A DNA stretch of 64,000 nucleotides from Psychrobium sp. (GTDB lineage: Bacteria > Pseudomonadota > Gammaproteobacteria > Enterobacterales > Psychrobiaceae). The notes under the pieces were generated by a model, which had not been told where the DNA came from, ran no database searches, and saw only the letters and a list, made by a program, of their open reading frames with translations. Numbering within the stretch: the first letter of the stretch is position 1; each line of letters starts with the position of its first letter. The stretch spans positions 6,157-70,156 of the forward strand of contig JBMYWG010000005.1 in the NCBI GenBank assembly GCA_049607155.1, written 5' to 3'. A program made the translations under genes and the position numbers. Below are positions 52,128-61,210 of this stretch, one piece after another.

Positions 52128-52706
52128 ATGTCACCAATTAAACGCCTTTTTCTCGCTAGTAGCGTTGCTTTTTTCTCTGCATTTTCGTTTGCTCAAGAAG
52201 GCTATGTCTCTGACAGTGTTTATACCTACCTTCACACAGGCCCTAGTGCAAAATTTCGCATACTCGGCAGTATTAATGCGGGTTCCAAGATCACCATCGT
52301 AGAACAGTCTGAAGACAAGAAGTACACGAAAGTTGTTGATAGTAAAGGCCGTGAAGGGTGGATCATGTCGGAATTTGTATCGACTCAAGAAAGTCTCAAA
52401 CACCGCTATGATGCATTAGAGTCTCGCCTAAATTCACAGTTGGCCTCTAACGAAGATTTAAGCCGTGAATCTAGTTCCGTTAAAGAGCAAGTAAGCGCGC
52501 TGCAATCTCGTATCGATTCATTAACCGGTGAATTAGCGCAAGCTAAATCGGATGTTACGGCTGCGCAAGATAAACTCAAAGGTGAAGATGAAGAAATTAA
52601 AATTCAGTGGTTTACCCGAGGTGGTATTATGGTCTTTGCTAGCTTTTTAGTAGGTGTTATCGTCTGTTCATTATTCTCTAGAAAGAAAAAACGTTCTAGC
52701 TGGTAA
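52128..52706 (+). CDS. ygiM: YgiM-like SH3-domain membrane-anchored protein
   Basis: 192 aa. A signal peptide is followed by a bacterial SH3 segment (YVSDSVYTYLHTGPSAKFRILGSINAG..GREGWI), a coiled coil, a C-terminal TM helix and a basic tail. This is the same layout as E. coli YgiM. Confidence 0.8.
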   Translation: MSPIKRLFLASSVAFFSAFSFAQEGYVSDSVYTYLHTGPSAKFRILGSINAGSKITIVEQSEDKKYTKVVDSKGREGWIMSEFVSTQESLKHRYDALESRLNSQLASNEDLSRESSSVKEQVSALQSRIDSLTGELAQAKSDVTAAQDKLKGEDEEIKIQWFTRGGIMVFASFLVGVIVCSLFSRKKKRSSW

Positions 52707-52819
52707 TTTACACTTACTAACTGTCTATACCACTAAATATCCCTTGAAACTCTTATGATTTTCGATATGTTAATCATAAGAGTTTATTAAAAATCAACCT
52801 TCAATATCGACGAAATCAT

Positions 52820-53881
52820 ATGACAATTCCGGTTTTAATTTGTGATGATTCAAGCTTTGCTCGCAAGCAAATGACCCGCGCCCTCCCCGACAATTGGGAC
52901 GTGAGTATTTCGTATGCAGAAAATGGCGAACAGGCCATCGAAGCCATCAAAGCGGGATTAGGCGATGTGCTCTTTCTCGATTTAAACATGCCAGTTCTCG
53001 ACGGTTACGGCACCTTAGAAGTCATTCAAAAAGAAGACTTACCAACGCTTACTATTGTTGTATCGGGCGACATTCAGCCTTGTGCTCATGCCCGTGTAAA
53101 AGCTTTAGGCGCGCTAGATTTTATTAAGAAACCGACGGATAAAGACAAAGTTAGCGAGCTATTAACTAACTACGGTATTATGCGAGAAGAAGACTGTCTC
53201 GCTGCCGAACTTATTGCCGACAATCAAACTCAGCTGGCGTCAACAGCAAAAGAGCAAGACAAACATTCTATTACCGAATCAGGCATCAACTTAGATCCTT
53301 ATCAAGAAGTATCAAATGTCGCGATGGGACGCGCAGCAGATCTGTTAGCCCGAGTACTTGACGTAAAAGTTCGCTTGCCGATCCCTAAGGTAAACGCATT
53401 AGCATCAAGTGAATTACACATGATGCTAAAAGCCACCGACGAAGTCGATTCCATTTCAGCGGTATGTCAGGGCTATGTAGGCTCAGGTATCGCTGGTGAA
53501 GCGCTGATCTTATTCTACGACTCTTGTTATAAAGAGCTTGCTAAGCTGATGAACCACGATGGTGAAATCAGCGAAGCGGTAGAGCGAGAAATGCTAGTTG
53601 AGCTGTCTAACCTTCTTATTGGGGCCTTCTTGAAAGGCTTCTCAGATCAACTTGATTTGTCATTTAGTCAATCCCACCCTGAGCTATTAGGACTGCATCG
53701 CAATATTGATGAACTCATTAATTCCAACACCCGCAATTGGCAGGAAATCGTTGCGATTGAAATCAACTACGTGATTGAAGATTACAACATCGAGTGTGAT
53801 CTCATTATTTTGATTACCCAAGATTCCCTACCAATACTAAATAACAAGTTGATTTACTTGCTAGACGAGCAAACCGCATGA
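52820..53881 (+). CDS. Response-regulator receiver fused to a CheC-like phosphatase domain
   Basis: The REC domain has LICDDS, FLDLNMP and FIKKP. The C-terminal half carries two CheC-type motifs. DPYQEVSN is followed by Pro 23 residues after the Asn (D-x3-E-x2-N-x22-P). EMLVELSN is followed by Pro 23 residues after the Asn (E-x3-E-x2-N-x22-P). Confidence 0.8.
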   Translation: MTIPVLICDDSSFARKQMTRALPDNWDVSISYAENGEQAIEAIKAGLGDVLFLDLNMPVLDGYGTLEVIQKEDLPTLTIVVSGDIQPCAHARVKALGALDFIKKPTDKDKVSELLTNYGIMREEDCLAAELIADNQTQLASTAKEQDKHSITESGINLDPYQEVSNVAMGRAADLLARVLDVKVRLPIPKVNALASSELHMMLKATDEVDSISAVCQGYVGSGIAGEALILFYDSCYKELAKLMNHDGEISEAVEREMLVELSNLLIGAFLKGFSDQLDLSFSQSHPELLGLHRNIDELINSNTRNWQEIVAIEINYVIEDYNIECDLIILITQDSLPILNNKLIYLLDEQTA

Positions 53882-54837
53882 ACCAAATAGATTACAAAGA
53901 ATTTCATTGGATGGTGTCGATGATCAATAGCATCGACGCGGGTTTAGTCGTGCTGGATAACGATTATATGGTGGAGTCATGGAATGGCTTTATGTATCAC
54001 CATAGTAATATCGATGCGGTAGATGCTAAAGGCAGAAATATTTTTGAAATTTTCCCGAGCTTAGACAAATCGTGGTTTATGCGAAAAGTTGAAGCTGTTA
54101 AAACGATTCAAAATCAGTCGTTTATAACCTGGGAACAAAAACCTTACATATTCCCGTTTAAAAATTACCGCCCTATTACTGGTACGGTCGAGCACATGTA
54201 TCAAAACGTGACGATTTTGCCGCTACCGTCGCTTACTGGCAGCATCGACCAGATTTGCTTAATTATCTATGACGTTACTGATATCGCAGCAAACCGGATG
54301 GAATTACAAAAAGCAAATGCTCAGCTTGAAAAGCTCAATAAGACTGATCCGCTAACACAAATTGATAATCGCAGTGGTTTAGAAGTCAGTGTTAATCTCG
54401 CTAACAAGCACTACAAGCTACAACAAACTATTAGCTCTTTAGTGATGCTCGACATTGATCACTTTAAAAAGATCAATGATACCCACGGCCACCCTGCTGG
54501 CGACGCCATTTTAAAACAGTTGGCCAAGCTCATTAAAGAGACGATGCGCGAGAATGACAGCGTAGCCCGTTATGGCGGTGAAGAATTTGCAATCATTTTG
54601 CACAACACCAGTAGCGACAATGCGAGTCATTTTGTTGAGCGCCTGCGCAAGCTCGTCGAAAATACGCAATTTACCTTTGAAGACACTGTTATCAAAGTCA
54701 CCATCAGTTTCGGTATTGCGCAAATATCAACGAACAATGGCGATAATAAAGCCTGGATGGCCGCTGCTGACCAAGCGTTATATCAAGCAAAGAAACAAGG
54801 TCGTAATCAAGGCGTTGTCTTTGAATCTATGGGTTAA
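53878..54837 (+). CDS. PAS-domain diguanylate cyclase (GGDEF)
   Basis: 319 aa with an N-terminal PAS-like region. The GGDEF domain has an intact RYGGEEF and an RxxD I-site (REND). It shares an ATGA overlap with the upstream REC-CheC gene. Confidence 0.85.
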   Translation: MNQIDYKEFHWMVSMINSIDAGLVVLDNDYMVESWNGFMYHHSNIDAVDAKGRNIFEIFPSLDKSWFMRKVEAVKTIQNQSFITWEQKPYIFPFKNYRPITGTVEHMYQNVTILPLPSLTGSIDQICLIIYDVTDIAANRMELQKANAQLEKLNKTDPLTQIDNRSGLEVSVNLANKHYKLQQTISSLVMLDIDHFKKINDTHGHPAGDAILKQLAKLIKETMRENDSVARYGGEEFAIILHNTSSDNASHFVERLRKLVENTQFTFEDTVIKVTISFGIAQISTNNGDNKAWMAAADQALYQAKKQGRNQGVVFESMG

Positions 54838-55771
54838 TACCTTTTAACGCCCGCTGTTCAAAAATCAAATAAAGCTGCTCAATCACGCCAACGCGATTAC
54901 TAAATCGCGTTGGCGATATACTCACCGCAGTGTCTCGTGGCGTATGATAATCGGCGTGTTGCCCGCCCCCCACAAACACAAAATCAACACCTTGTTTCGC
55001 AAACGAATAGTGATCACTAGCCTTTTTATAATCGATAATTTTTGTATTTGAAAAACTGCGGTGCGTTCGGCGGCTTATTAAACAACTTTGCTCAATCATT
55101 TTAACCTGTTGATGCACAGGATCGCGTTTCGGCCAACTAGCAAGGTAATATAAGCGCTTAGCACGCCCCACCATATCAAGATTAATATTAAGTAACACCT
55201 TATCTGAGTCGACAGTGTTTGACGCTATCAATTGCTCGCTGCCCAATAAGCCTTTTTCTTCCGCATCAGTTGCGACGAATAACACGGTGACCAGCGGCTG
55301 GTGTTCCTTGAGATAGGTTGCTAGCGCTAGCATCATGGCGACACCAGAGGCATTATCGTCAGCGCCATGATAAGTATGATGCCCACGGCCACCTAAGTGA
55401 TCATAATGCGCCGTAACTACGATATATTGTTCGCTCTTAGATTGACCTTCAATCATCCCAAGCACATTGGTACCGAATCGTTTGCCAAGTTTAGGATGGG
55501 CGAAGCGTTGCGTATGACTTCCTCGCCATGGCAAGAGGCCAATGTCATTAAAGCGTTTGATGATGTATTGATAGCTTAGACGATGACCATCACTTCCTGT
55601 GCGCCGCCCTGCCATTTTTGGGGATGCCAACACCTGTAAATCAGTGATTAGTTGTTGGTTAACGCTGTTAGGAACTTGATATGACTTACAGGGACGAGTT
55701 TGATTCATCGATTGGCAACCGATTAGCAAAAATACAGTGCTTATGAACGTGACCGCTTTTGTCATATCCAC
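54827..55771 (-). CDS. M28-family aminopeptidase lipoprotein
   Basis: 314 aa with lipobox FLLIGC. M28 metal-site contexts are TAHYDH, GADDNASG and DAEEKGLLGS. Confidence 0.8.
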   Translation of the reverse strand: MDMTKAVTFISTVFLLIGCQSMNQTRPCKSYQVPNSVNQQLITDLQVLASPKMAGRRTGSDGHRLSYQYIIKRFNDIGLLPWRGSHTQRFAHPKLGKRFGTNVLGMIEGQSKSEQYIVVTAHYDHLGGRGHHTYHGADDNASGVAMMLALATYLKEHQPLVTVLFVATDAEEKGLLGSEQLIASNTVDSDKVLLNINLDMVGRAKRLYYLASWPKRDPVHQQVKMIEQSCLISRRTHRSFSNTKIIDYKKASDHYSFAKQGVDFVFVGGGQHADYHTPRDTAVSISPTRFSNRVGVIEQLYLIFEQRALKGINP

Positions 55772-55854
55772 TCCCTCTTAAACAATTCCATGTTATTCAT
55801 TGTTTTAATAAGTATAATACGCGTTTAATTACCTTATCTGTCAAACATTAAATT

Positions 55855-56211
55855 ATGAATTTTATTAATCGCATCTCACTGATTGTCACACCAAAATCAC
55901 CTATGCATCAATGGGTAATCTCAGTTGCAGAAGACGAGGCACCAACGTTAGAAGAAATGACAAGCGAGTCGAGCTGCTATTTATTAGATGAGCCAGAGTA
56001 CGAAACAGAGCTAAACGAGCTTACACAGGCCCTAATTCAAGCCAATTTCCAGAAAATTTGGCGTAATGAACTCGCTGTATGGGATGAATACCTCGATAAC
56101 GCGCCAAGCGATATGAGCCAAGCATCCTTTGAGCAATGGTTTGACGTTCGTCTTTCAGGGTTAACCTTTGACTTAGCCAAACAACCATTAATGGTTGCCA
56201 AAGTTGAGTAA
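55855..56211 (+). CDS. Acidic hypothetical protein
   Basis: 118-aa ORF in the only long open frame between flanking genes. I recognised no motifs. Confidence 0.45.
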   Translation: MNFINRISLIVTPKSPMHQWVISVAEDEAPTLEEMTSESSCYLLDEPEYETELNELTQALIQANFQKIWRNELAVWDEYLDNAPSDMSQASFEQWFDVRLSGLTFDLAKQPLMVAKVE

Positions 56212-56322
56212 TCCATCACCAACTTAGCGCCAATTCGCTCTATCTTATGAATAAAAACACCTTGCTCCAACCCTTGGAGCATGGCACATTAACACTCTTT
56301 ATCACTGCTTATTACAATAGAA

Positions 56323-57150
56323 ATGACCATAGCTTCACTTTGGGAAGATATTTTAAAAGAAGCCAAAGCCGCCGTTGCCCATGAGCCGCTTTTAACAAAT
56401 CTTTACCGCAGCCATATTATCGATCAACCTTCCTTACCTGCTGCCATGAGCAACATTCTGGCAAGCAAACTCTACGATACCTATATGCCTGCCTGTGAAC
56501 TAGAGCGCTTGTTTAACGATGCATTTGAACAGATGCCCTGCTTAGTCGACAACAGCATTTATGACATTAAAGCTGTACGCGAGCGTGATCCGGCAATCGA
56601 AACTTATCCCGATGTCATTTTATACCTCAAAGGGTTTCAAGCATTGCAAGCTTATCGCGTTGCCCATTGCTTGTGGAACCGCGATCGCAAAGCATTAGCG
56701 AGCTTTATTCAAAGTCGTATTTCAGCGACATTCGATGTTGATATTCACCCTGCTGCGACCGTCGGTAAAGGCGTGATGCTCGATCATGCTTGTGGCATTG
56801 TGGTCGGTGAGACTAGTGTCATTGAAGATAACGTTTCTATCCTGCAGGGCGTTACGCTCGGTGGTACGGGTAAAGATACTGGCGATCGTCATCCGAAAGT
56901 ACGTGCCGGTGTACTGATTGGTGCAGGGGCAAAAATCTTGGGGAATATTGAGATTGGCTCAGGCGCAAAAATTGGCGCTGGTAGTGTCGTATTAAAAGCG
57001 GTCAAACCTCATACCACAGTGGCTGGTGTTCCCGCTAAACAAATCGGCTCTCCAGAGAGTATTATGCCTGCACTAGATATGTGCCAGAACCTTGAAAAAG
57101 AATTGGCAGATTCTAAAAAGAATCCGCCAATGTTGGATTTTGATATCTAA
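56323..57150 (+). CDS. cysE: Serine O-acetyltransferase
   Basis: 275 aa with an N-terminal SATase helical domain and hexapeptide repeats. The core GDRHPKVRAGVLIGAGAKILGNIEIG is characteristic of CysE. Confidence 0.92.
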   Translation: MTIASLWEDILKEAKAAVAHEPLLTNLYRSHIIDQPSLPAAMSNILASKLYDTYMPACELERLFNDAFEQMPCLVDNSIYDIKAVRERDPAIETYPDVILYLKGFQALQAYRVAHCLWNRDRKALASFIQSRISATFDVDIHPAATVGKGVMLDHACGIVVGETSVIEDNVSILQGVTLGGTGKDTGDRHPKVRAGVLIGAGAKILGNIEIGSGAKIGAGSVVLKAVKPHTTVAGVPAKQIGSPESIMPALDMCQNLEKELADSKKNPPMLDFDI

Positions 57151-57162
57151 CCAAAGGCTTAG

Positions 57163-58539
57163 TTAGTCAACTAGGCCAAATAGTGGCGCTAATAAATCTG
57201 GTAAATCGTCTACCGATTTCTGTCGTGACAATCTATCGAGCGCCACGAAAATCTTCTTCTTATCATCGCTATTAAGCTTGTCTAATAGCGGCTCAAGCCC
57301 AATTTCATCTAACGCTATACCATCGCGCTGCGCATGATTACGCCCTTTGAGCTGACTAAACATAAACACGAAGCGCGCTAAGATTACGTAAGGAAAGTTC
57401 TTACTGGCCACAGGCCCCAAACGCGCTTCATAGCCTCCCATTGGTAATCCTTTGATTTTTGACGAAGCGAGCTTATCAGCGCCAAACCAAGCTGCGGTAG
57501 AGCCAACGACACCGCCGCCAACCGCACCCAACATAAACGAATGACCAGCGACAGCTAAATCTAAAGCGCCACCAGCAGCGGCTCCAGTAACAGCGGCAAC
57601 ACTGGTAAGTTGTTTCTTACTTAGTCCCCAGCCATACCATTTTTCGGTATCAAAGAGATCATCAGGTAAGGATAATTCACTATCACTGCGTTCTAAGCGT
57701 TGATGACGGTAAATAAGCTGTAATTCATCCAACGCATTTTTTTCACGGCGGCGCATCCAATCATAAAATTGTTTCTCAAGCACCGGTTTTAGCGTTTGTG
57801 CTTGAGCTTTCGACAGCGCTTTTTGCCGCGTTTTATACTGCGTCATTTCTTCAAGTAATTGCGCGGCAACAAAGCAGCTTTGAAACACTTGATGGGTTGT
57901 CTCATTTTCAAAGGCAGAGATAATAGCACTTAGCTGAGCCTGCCACGGCTGATGAATCGCGGCAAAGGCTTGCAGTAATTCTATATGCTGCTCAATATCG
58001 GCTTTAACCGCATCAAACACCCGCACCACGCTAAAATATTGCCCCAATGCTGCTTGCCAGTTGGCGACATAATCGTCATTTTGAATGGGATTAATCAGCG
58101 CCATAGTCGGCTGCCCTGTCCAGCGTAATATTTCCATTTCCGCTTCGTATTCAGGACTGTAAGGACGAGAACCATCCACAACATATAAGATTGCTGCGCC
58201 GTCGATTATGGGTTTAAGTAACTCAATTTCATCGACAAATTGTTGCTGACAGGTTTCATCGTTTAAAAAGGCAATCACACACTCACGGCGCTTATCGGCC
58301 GTCGGATTATGCGCTTTCAACCAAGCTAGTACTTTACGTGGACGCTGAAAGCCCGGCGTGTCCACCAAACGATAATGCGCCTGACCAATATTGATATCAA
58401 AGGTTTCCGAAACAACCGTGGTGCCACTTTGCATAGAGATAGCGATTTGATCATTGCGGGCTAATGTCGACACAACAGACGACTTGCCTTTATTGGGATG
58501 GCCGACAACTGCAAAACTAGGCACTATTGAGTTAGTCAT
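57163..58539 (-). CDS. P-loop GTPase with C-terminal glycine-zipper/hydrophobic segment (possibly DUF3482-type; unverified)
   Basis: G1 is GHPNKGKS, G3 is DTPG, and I saw no canonical NKxD G4. The C-terminal segment is AAVTGAAAGGALDLAVAGHSFMLGAVGGGVVGSTAAWFGA. The start overlaps the upstream gene's stop by 8 nt (ATGACTAA). Confidence 0.8.
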   Translation of the reverse strand: MTNSIVPSFAVVGHPNKGKSSVVSTLARNDQIAISMQSGTTVVSETFDINIGQAHYRLVDTPGFQRPRKVLAWLKAHNPTADKRRECVIAFLNDETCQQQFVDEIELLKPIIDGAAILYVVDGSRPYSPEYEAEMEILRWTGQPTMALINPIQNDDYVANWQAALGQYFSVVRVFDAVKADIEQHIELLQAFAAIHQPWQAQLSAIISAFENETTHQVFQSCFVAAQLLEEMTQYKTRQKALSKAQAQTLKPVLEKQFYDWMRRREKNALDELQLIYRHQRLERSDSELSLPDDLFDTEKWYGWGLSKKQLTSVAAVTGAAAGGALDLAVAGHSFMLGAVGGGVVGSTAAWFGADKLASSKIKGLPMGGYEARLGPVASKNFPYVILARFVFMFSQLKGRNHAQRDGIALDEIGLEPLLDKLNSDDKKKIFVALDRLSRQKSVDDLPDLLAPLFGLVD

Positions 58540-59746
58540 GTTGCGACTCCCTATTTATAAGCTCTTCATTAATAAATAAGCTCCAATCATCAAGAGTTAG
58601 GCAAAAACGTCTCCACTCATCGACATAGTGTGATGCAATAGGTTGCAGTTCACCTTCTTTATGATCAATCAATTCAATCACGCCATGGGACTGATTCAAA
58701 TAATCTTTAAGCTCCCCCATCGGCGGCTCCCACGCGGCAACGACTAAAATTTGCGATCGCTTATCGTCAAGCGCCACCTGCTCATCTTCGCCGTGAAAAC
58801 CCACTTGATAAACATTGGCAGGAAGCGTTTGATAAGACGTTTTAACTTTCTCCAATAATGCTGACGGCATAGCGAGCCAACAACACAAGTTATAGTCTTT
58901 AAGATCCGGGCGCTGATAATTGACCTTTGCAAGCGGCGTTTGCTCAGGTTGCGGATTAACAGGCGCTTTAGTTACAACCTCTGTTGGTTGATAGCTCGGC
59001 AAACGATTAAAGCGCCACGTGGCAAACATACTGCTGAGTATACGAGGCACAATCGCATAAACCAATTGCGCCATTAATAAATAGAGCCACCAAGCACCAA
59101 AATCTGTATTTGAAGAGGCGTTAAATTGGGTAAATCGATTTTCCTGCGTCGCTTCAATTAGCGCGATATTAGGTAATGCTGCATCAAAAAACTGCCATGG
59201 TAGTGCAATGAATCTAAGCACTGGCTCAATATGACTGGCCGAGAGCAACGTTGAGCGCCACACAAAGGAAACATCGCTAAATAGCAGCACCATTAAAAAA
59301 GACGCCAGACAGCCAAGACTAAAGGCCAATACCGATTGCTGCGAGCACATCATCAACCAAGGGGCGAAGCGTTGCTCGCGTTTGAGCTGTGTTAAAGCTG
59401 ATTTTTGACTAGCAGGAATCATGGGGAGTTTTAATAACAGCGGTAATATCTTTATTGACGGCGCTTTAGGGAGCACTTTTGAAGCAATAAGTAAGATACA
59501 AGAAACGAACGGCCACAGCACAAACAGTGCAATAAAGTGCAACAGATTGACTCGTCCCAGCTCATCACCAGACACGACGCCTGCGCTTAACATCAATCCG
59601 ACAATAAAAAATAATGAAATGAAACCAATTTTCAACTGGTTAACTTTACCAAGCTCTGACAAGAAATGAGATCCCAACAACAAAAGGCCTATATTGAACA
59701 ATTTGCCTCTAGGTTGCAATGAACAAGCGTAACAAATTGATTCCAT
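58532..59746 (-). CDS. Polytopic membrane protein of unknown function (possibly DUF2868-type; unverified)
   Basis: 404 aa with several hydrophobic helices in the first 240 aa or so and a soluble C-terminal domain. It is translationally coupled to the GTPase gene. The exact start is uncertain. Confidence 0.6.
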   Translation of the reverse strand: MESICYACSLQPRGKLFNIGLLLLGSHFLSELGKVNQLKIGFISLFFIVGLMLSAGVVSGDELGRVNLLHFIALFVLWPFVSCILLIASKVLPKAPSIKILPLLLKLPMIPASQKSALTQLKREQRFAPWLMMCSQQSVLAFSLGCLASFLMVLLFSDVSFVWRSTLLSASHIEPVLRFIALPWQFFDAALPNIALIEATQENRFTQFNASSNTDFGAWWLYLLMAQLVYAIVPRILSSMFATWRFNRLPSYQPTEVVTKAPVNPQPEQTPLAKVNYQRPDLKDYNLCCWLAMPSALLEKVKTSYQTLPANVYQVGFHGEDEQVALDDKRSQILVVAAWEPPMGELKDYLNQSHGVIELIDHKEGELQPIASHYVDEWRRFCLTLDDWSLFINEELINRESQHD

Positions 59747-59801
59747 TAGGCTGACGCACTAAACTGTCCTCAAAATCAAAAACAATATTCACGAGCAATT
59801 T

Positions 59802-60485
59802 ATGTCGCAATCAAAATTAGTATGGGATCTCCCACTACGACTATTCCACTGGAGCTTTGCCGCCACCATTATTGGCTGTTGGATTACCAACGAGCTAGGC
59901 AACGATTACATCGACTTGCACATGCAACTGGGTTACGTTGCATTAGGGTTAGTCATCTTCCGCGTTATCTGGGGCATTATCGGCACAAAGCATGCTCGGT
60001 TCGCCAGCTTTTTTCCAACGCCAAATAGCATTAAAGCCTATTTAAGCCAGCCTAAGGACGCGCCACCAGCAATTGGCCATAATCCGCTAGGCAGCTTAAT
60101 GGTATTTGCTATGCTGGCGCTAGTACTTGCTCAGGCAGTAAGCGGTTTGTTTGTTGATGACGATGTGTTCTCTAGCGGCCCTTACTACAATGCGCTAGGT
60201 GGGGACGTTGATAAAGTGATGGCCTTTATTCATCACAACCTGTTTGATTTCATTATTGCCGCTATCGCGCTCCATATTGCCGCCGTGCTGTTTTATCAGT
60301 TTGGTAAAAAACACAGCTTGGTACCGCCGATGATCCACGGTAAGAAACAGGGTGAACACCTTAATGACGGTAATACCATTACTAGCTCTAAGCTCATTCT
60401 GGCATTAATTATTGCAGCTGCCACCGCCGCCTTTGTTTACTGGCTGGTAGTGCTTAACGTGCCTGAACCTGAGATGTATTACTAA
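59802..60485 (+). CDS. Cytochrome b561-family / Ni-Fe-hydrogenase-type b cytochrome membrane protein
   Basis: 227 aa with four TM helices and conserved His positions (RLFHWSF, IGHNPLG, FIHHNLF, ALHIAAV). Confidence 0.8.
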   Translation: MSQSKLVWDLPLRLFHWSFAATIIGCWITNELGNDYIDLHMQLGYVALGLVIFRVIWGIIGTKHARFASFFPTPNSIKAYLSQPKDAPPAIGHNPLGSLMVFAMLALVLAQAVSGLFVDDDVFSSGPYYNALGGDVDKVMAFIHHNLFDFIIAAIALHIAAVLFYQFGKKHSLVPPMIHGKKQGEHLNDGNTITSSKLILALIIAAATAAFVYWLVVLNVPEPEMYY

Positions 60486-60513
60486 GCTTATACCTCACTA
60501 AATCTCGCCCATT

Positions 60514-60547
60514 AAAAAAGCCTTATTCACACGAATAAGGCTTTTTA
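60514..60547. terminator. Bidirectional intrinsic terminator
   Basis: aaaaAAGCCTTATTC-acac-GAATAAGGCTTttt lies between convergent cytochrome genes. Confidence 0.85.
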
Positions 60548-60578
60548 GTTTCAAGACTTCTTATGACTAATCAGTAAA

Positions 60579-61064
60579 TTAATCTTTCTTGAAATCATCG
60601 TGACAGCCACCACAAGTACGGCCGATTCCGCCGATAGCTTTCTTGATTGCTTTCTCATCACCAGATTTAACCACTTTCATTAAGTTAGCAGACGCCATAG
60701 TTAACGCGTTTGCTTTTTCTGCAAGTAGTTCTGGCTTAGTCCAGTTCGACGCTAGTGCTTCAGTCGATACGTTAAACTTACGGGTATCTGTTGCCATGTA
60801 ATCGGTAATCATCATTGATAATTGATTAATGCGCGTTGCATTTTTTTCAACTACCGCTTTATCCATTGGCATCTTGCCACGTGCCATTGCGCCCATAGGA
60901 CCGATATTGCTCGCTAATAGCTTGAATACCGACTGACGTAACTCAGTTGCTTGTTTAGCGTGTTTTTCAGAACGCGCTTCAGCAGCTGTTGCTGTGCTCA
61001 TTGCAGCCGTAGAGGTTAATAGTGCGGCAGTAACTCCTAACACAACTTTTTTCATTGCAGACAT
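60579..61064 (-). CDS. Class II c-type cytochrome (cytochrome c'-like)
   Basis: 161 aa with a signal peptide, a predicted helical bundle and a single C-terminal heme site CGGCH, 7 residues from the C-terminus. Confidence 0.8.
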   Translation of the reverse strand: MSAMKKVVLGVTAALLTSTAAMSTATAAEARSEKHAKQATELRQSVFKLLASNIGPMGAMARGKMPMDKAVVEKNATRINQLSMMITDYMATDTRKFNVSTEALASNWTKPELLAEKANALTMASANLMKVVKSGDEKAIKKAIGGIGRTCGGCHDDFKKD

Positions 61065-61146
61065 AAAACTTCCTTTATTCTTGTTTTAAATTCTTATCAT
61101 TTGAACTAGTTAATCTAGTTTCTCTATTACTTTTGGGCAGGTTAAA

Positions 61147-61184
61147 CCAAAAAAGGCCACTTTGGGAGAGCAAAGTGACCTTTT
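61147..61184 (-). terminator. Intrinsic terminator downstream of the TonB-dependent receptor
   Basis: The minus strand reads AAGGUCACUUU-loop-AAAGUGGCCUU (one G-U pair) followed by a U run. Confidence 0.7.
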
Positions 61185-61210
61185 GTTGATTATTTAACTA
61201 ATATTAATCG

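Noticed and set aside
52131-52403. 90-aa minus-strand ORF
   Set aside because: It lies entirely antisense to the well-supported ygiM-like gene, so it is a shadow ORF.
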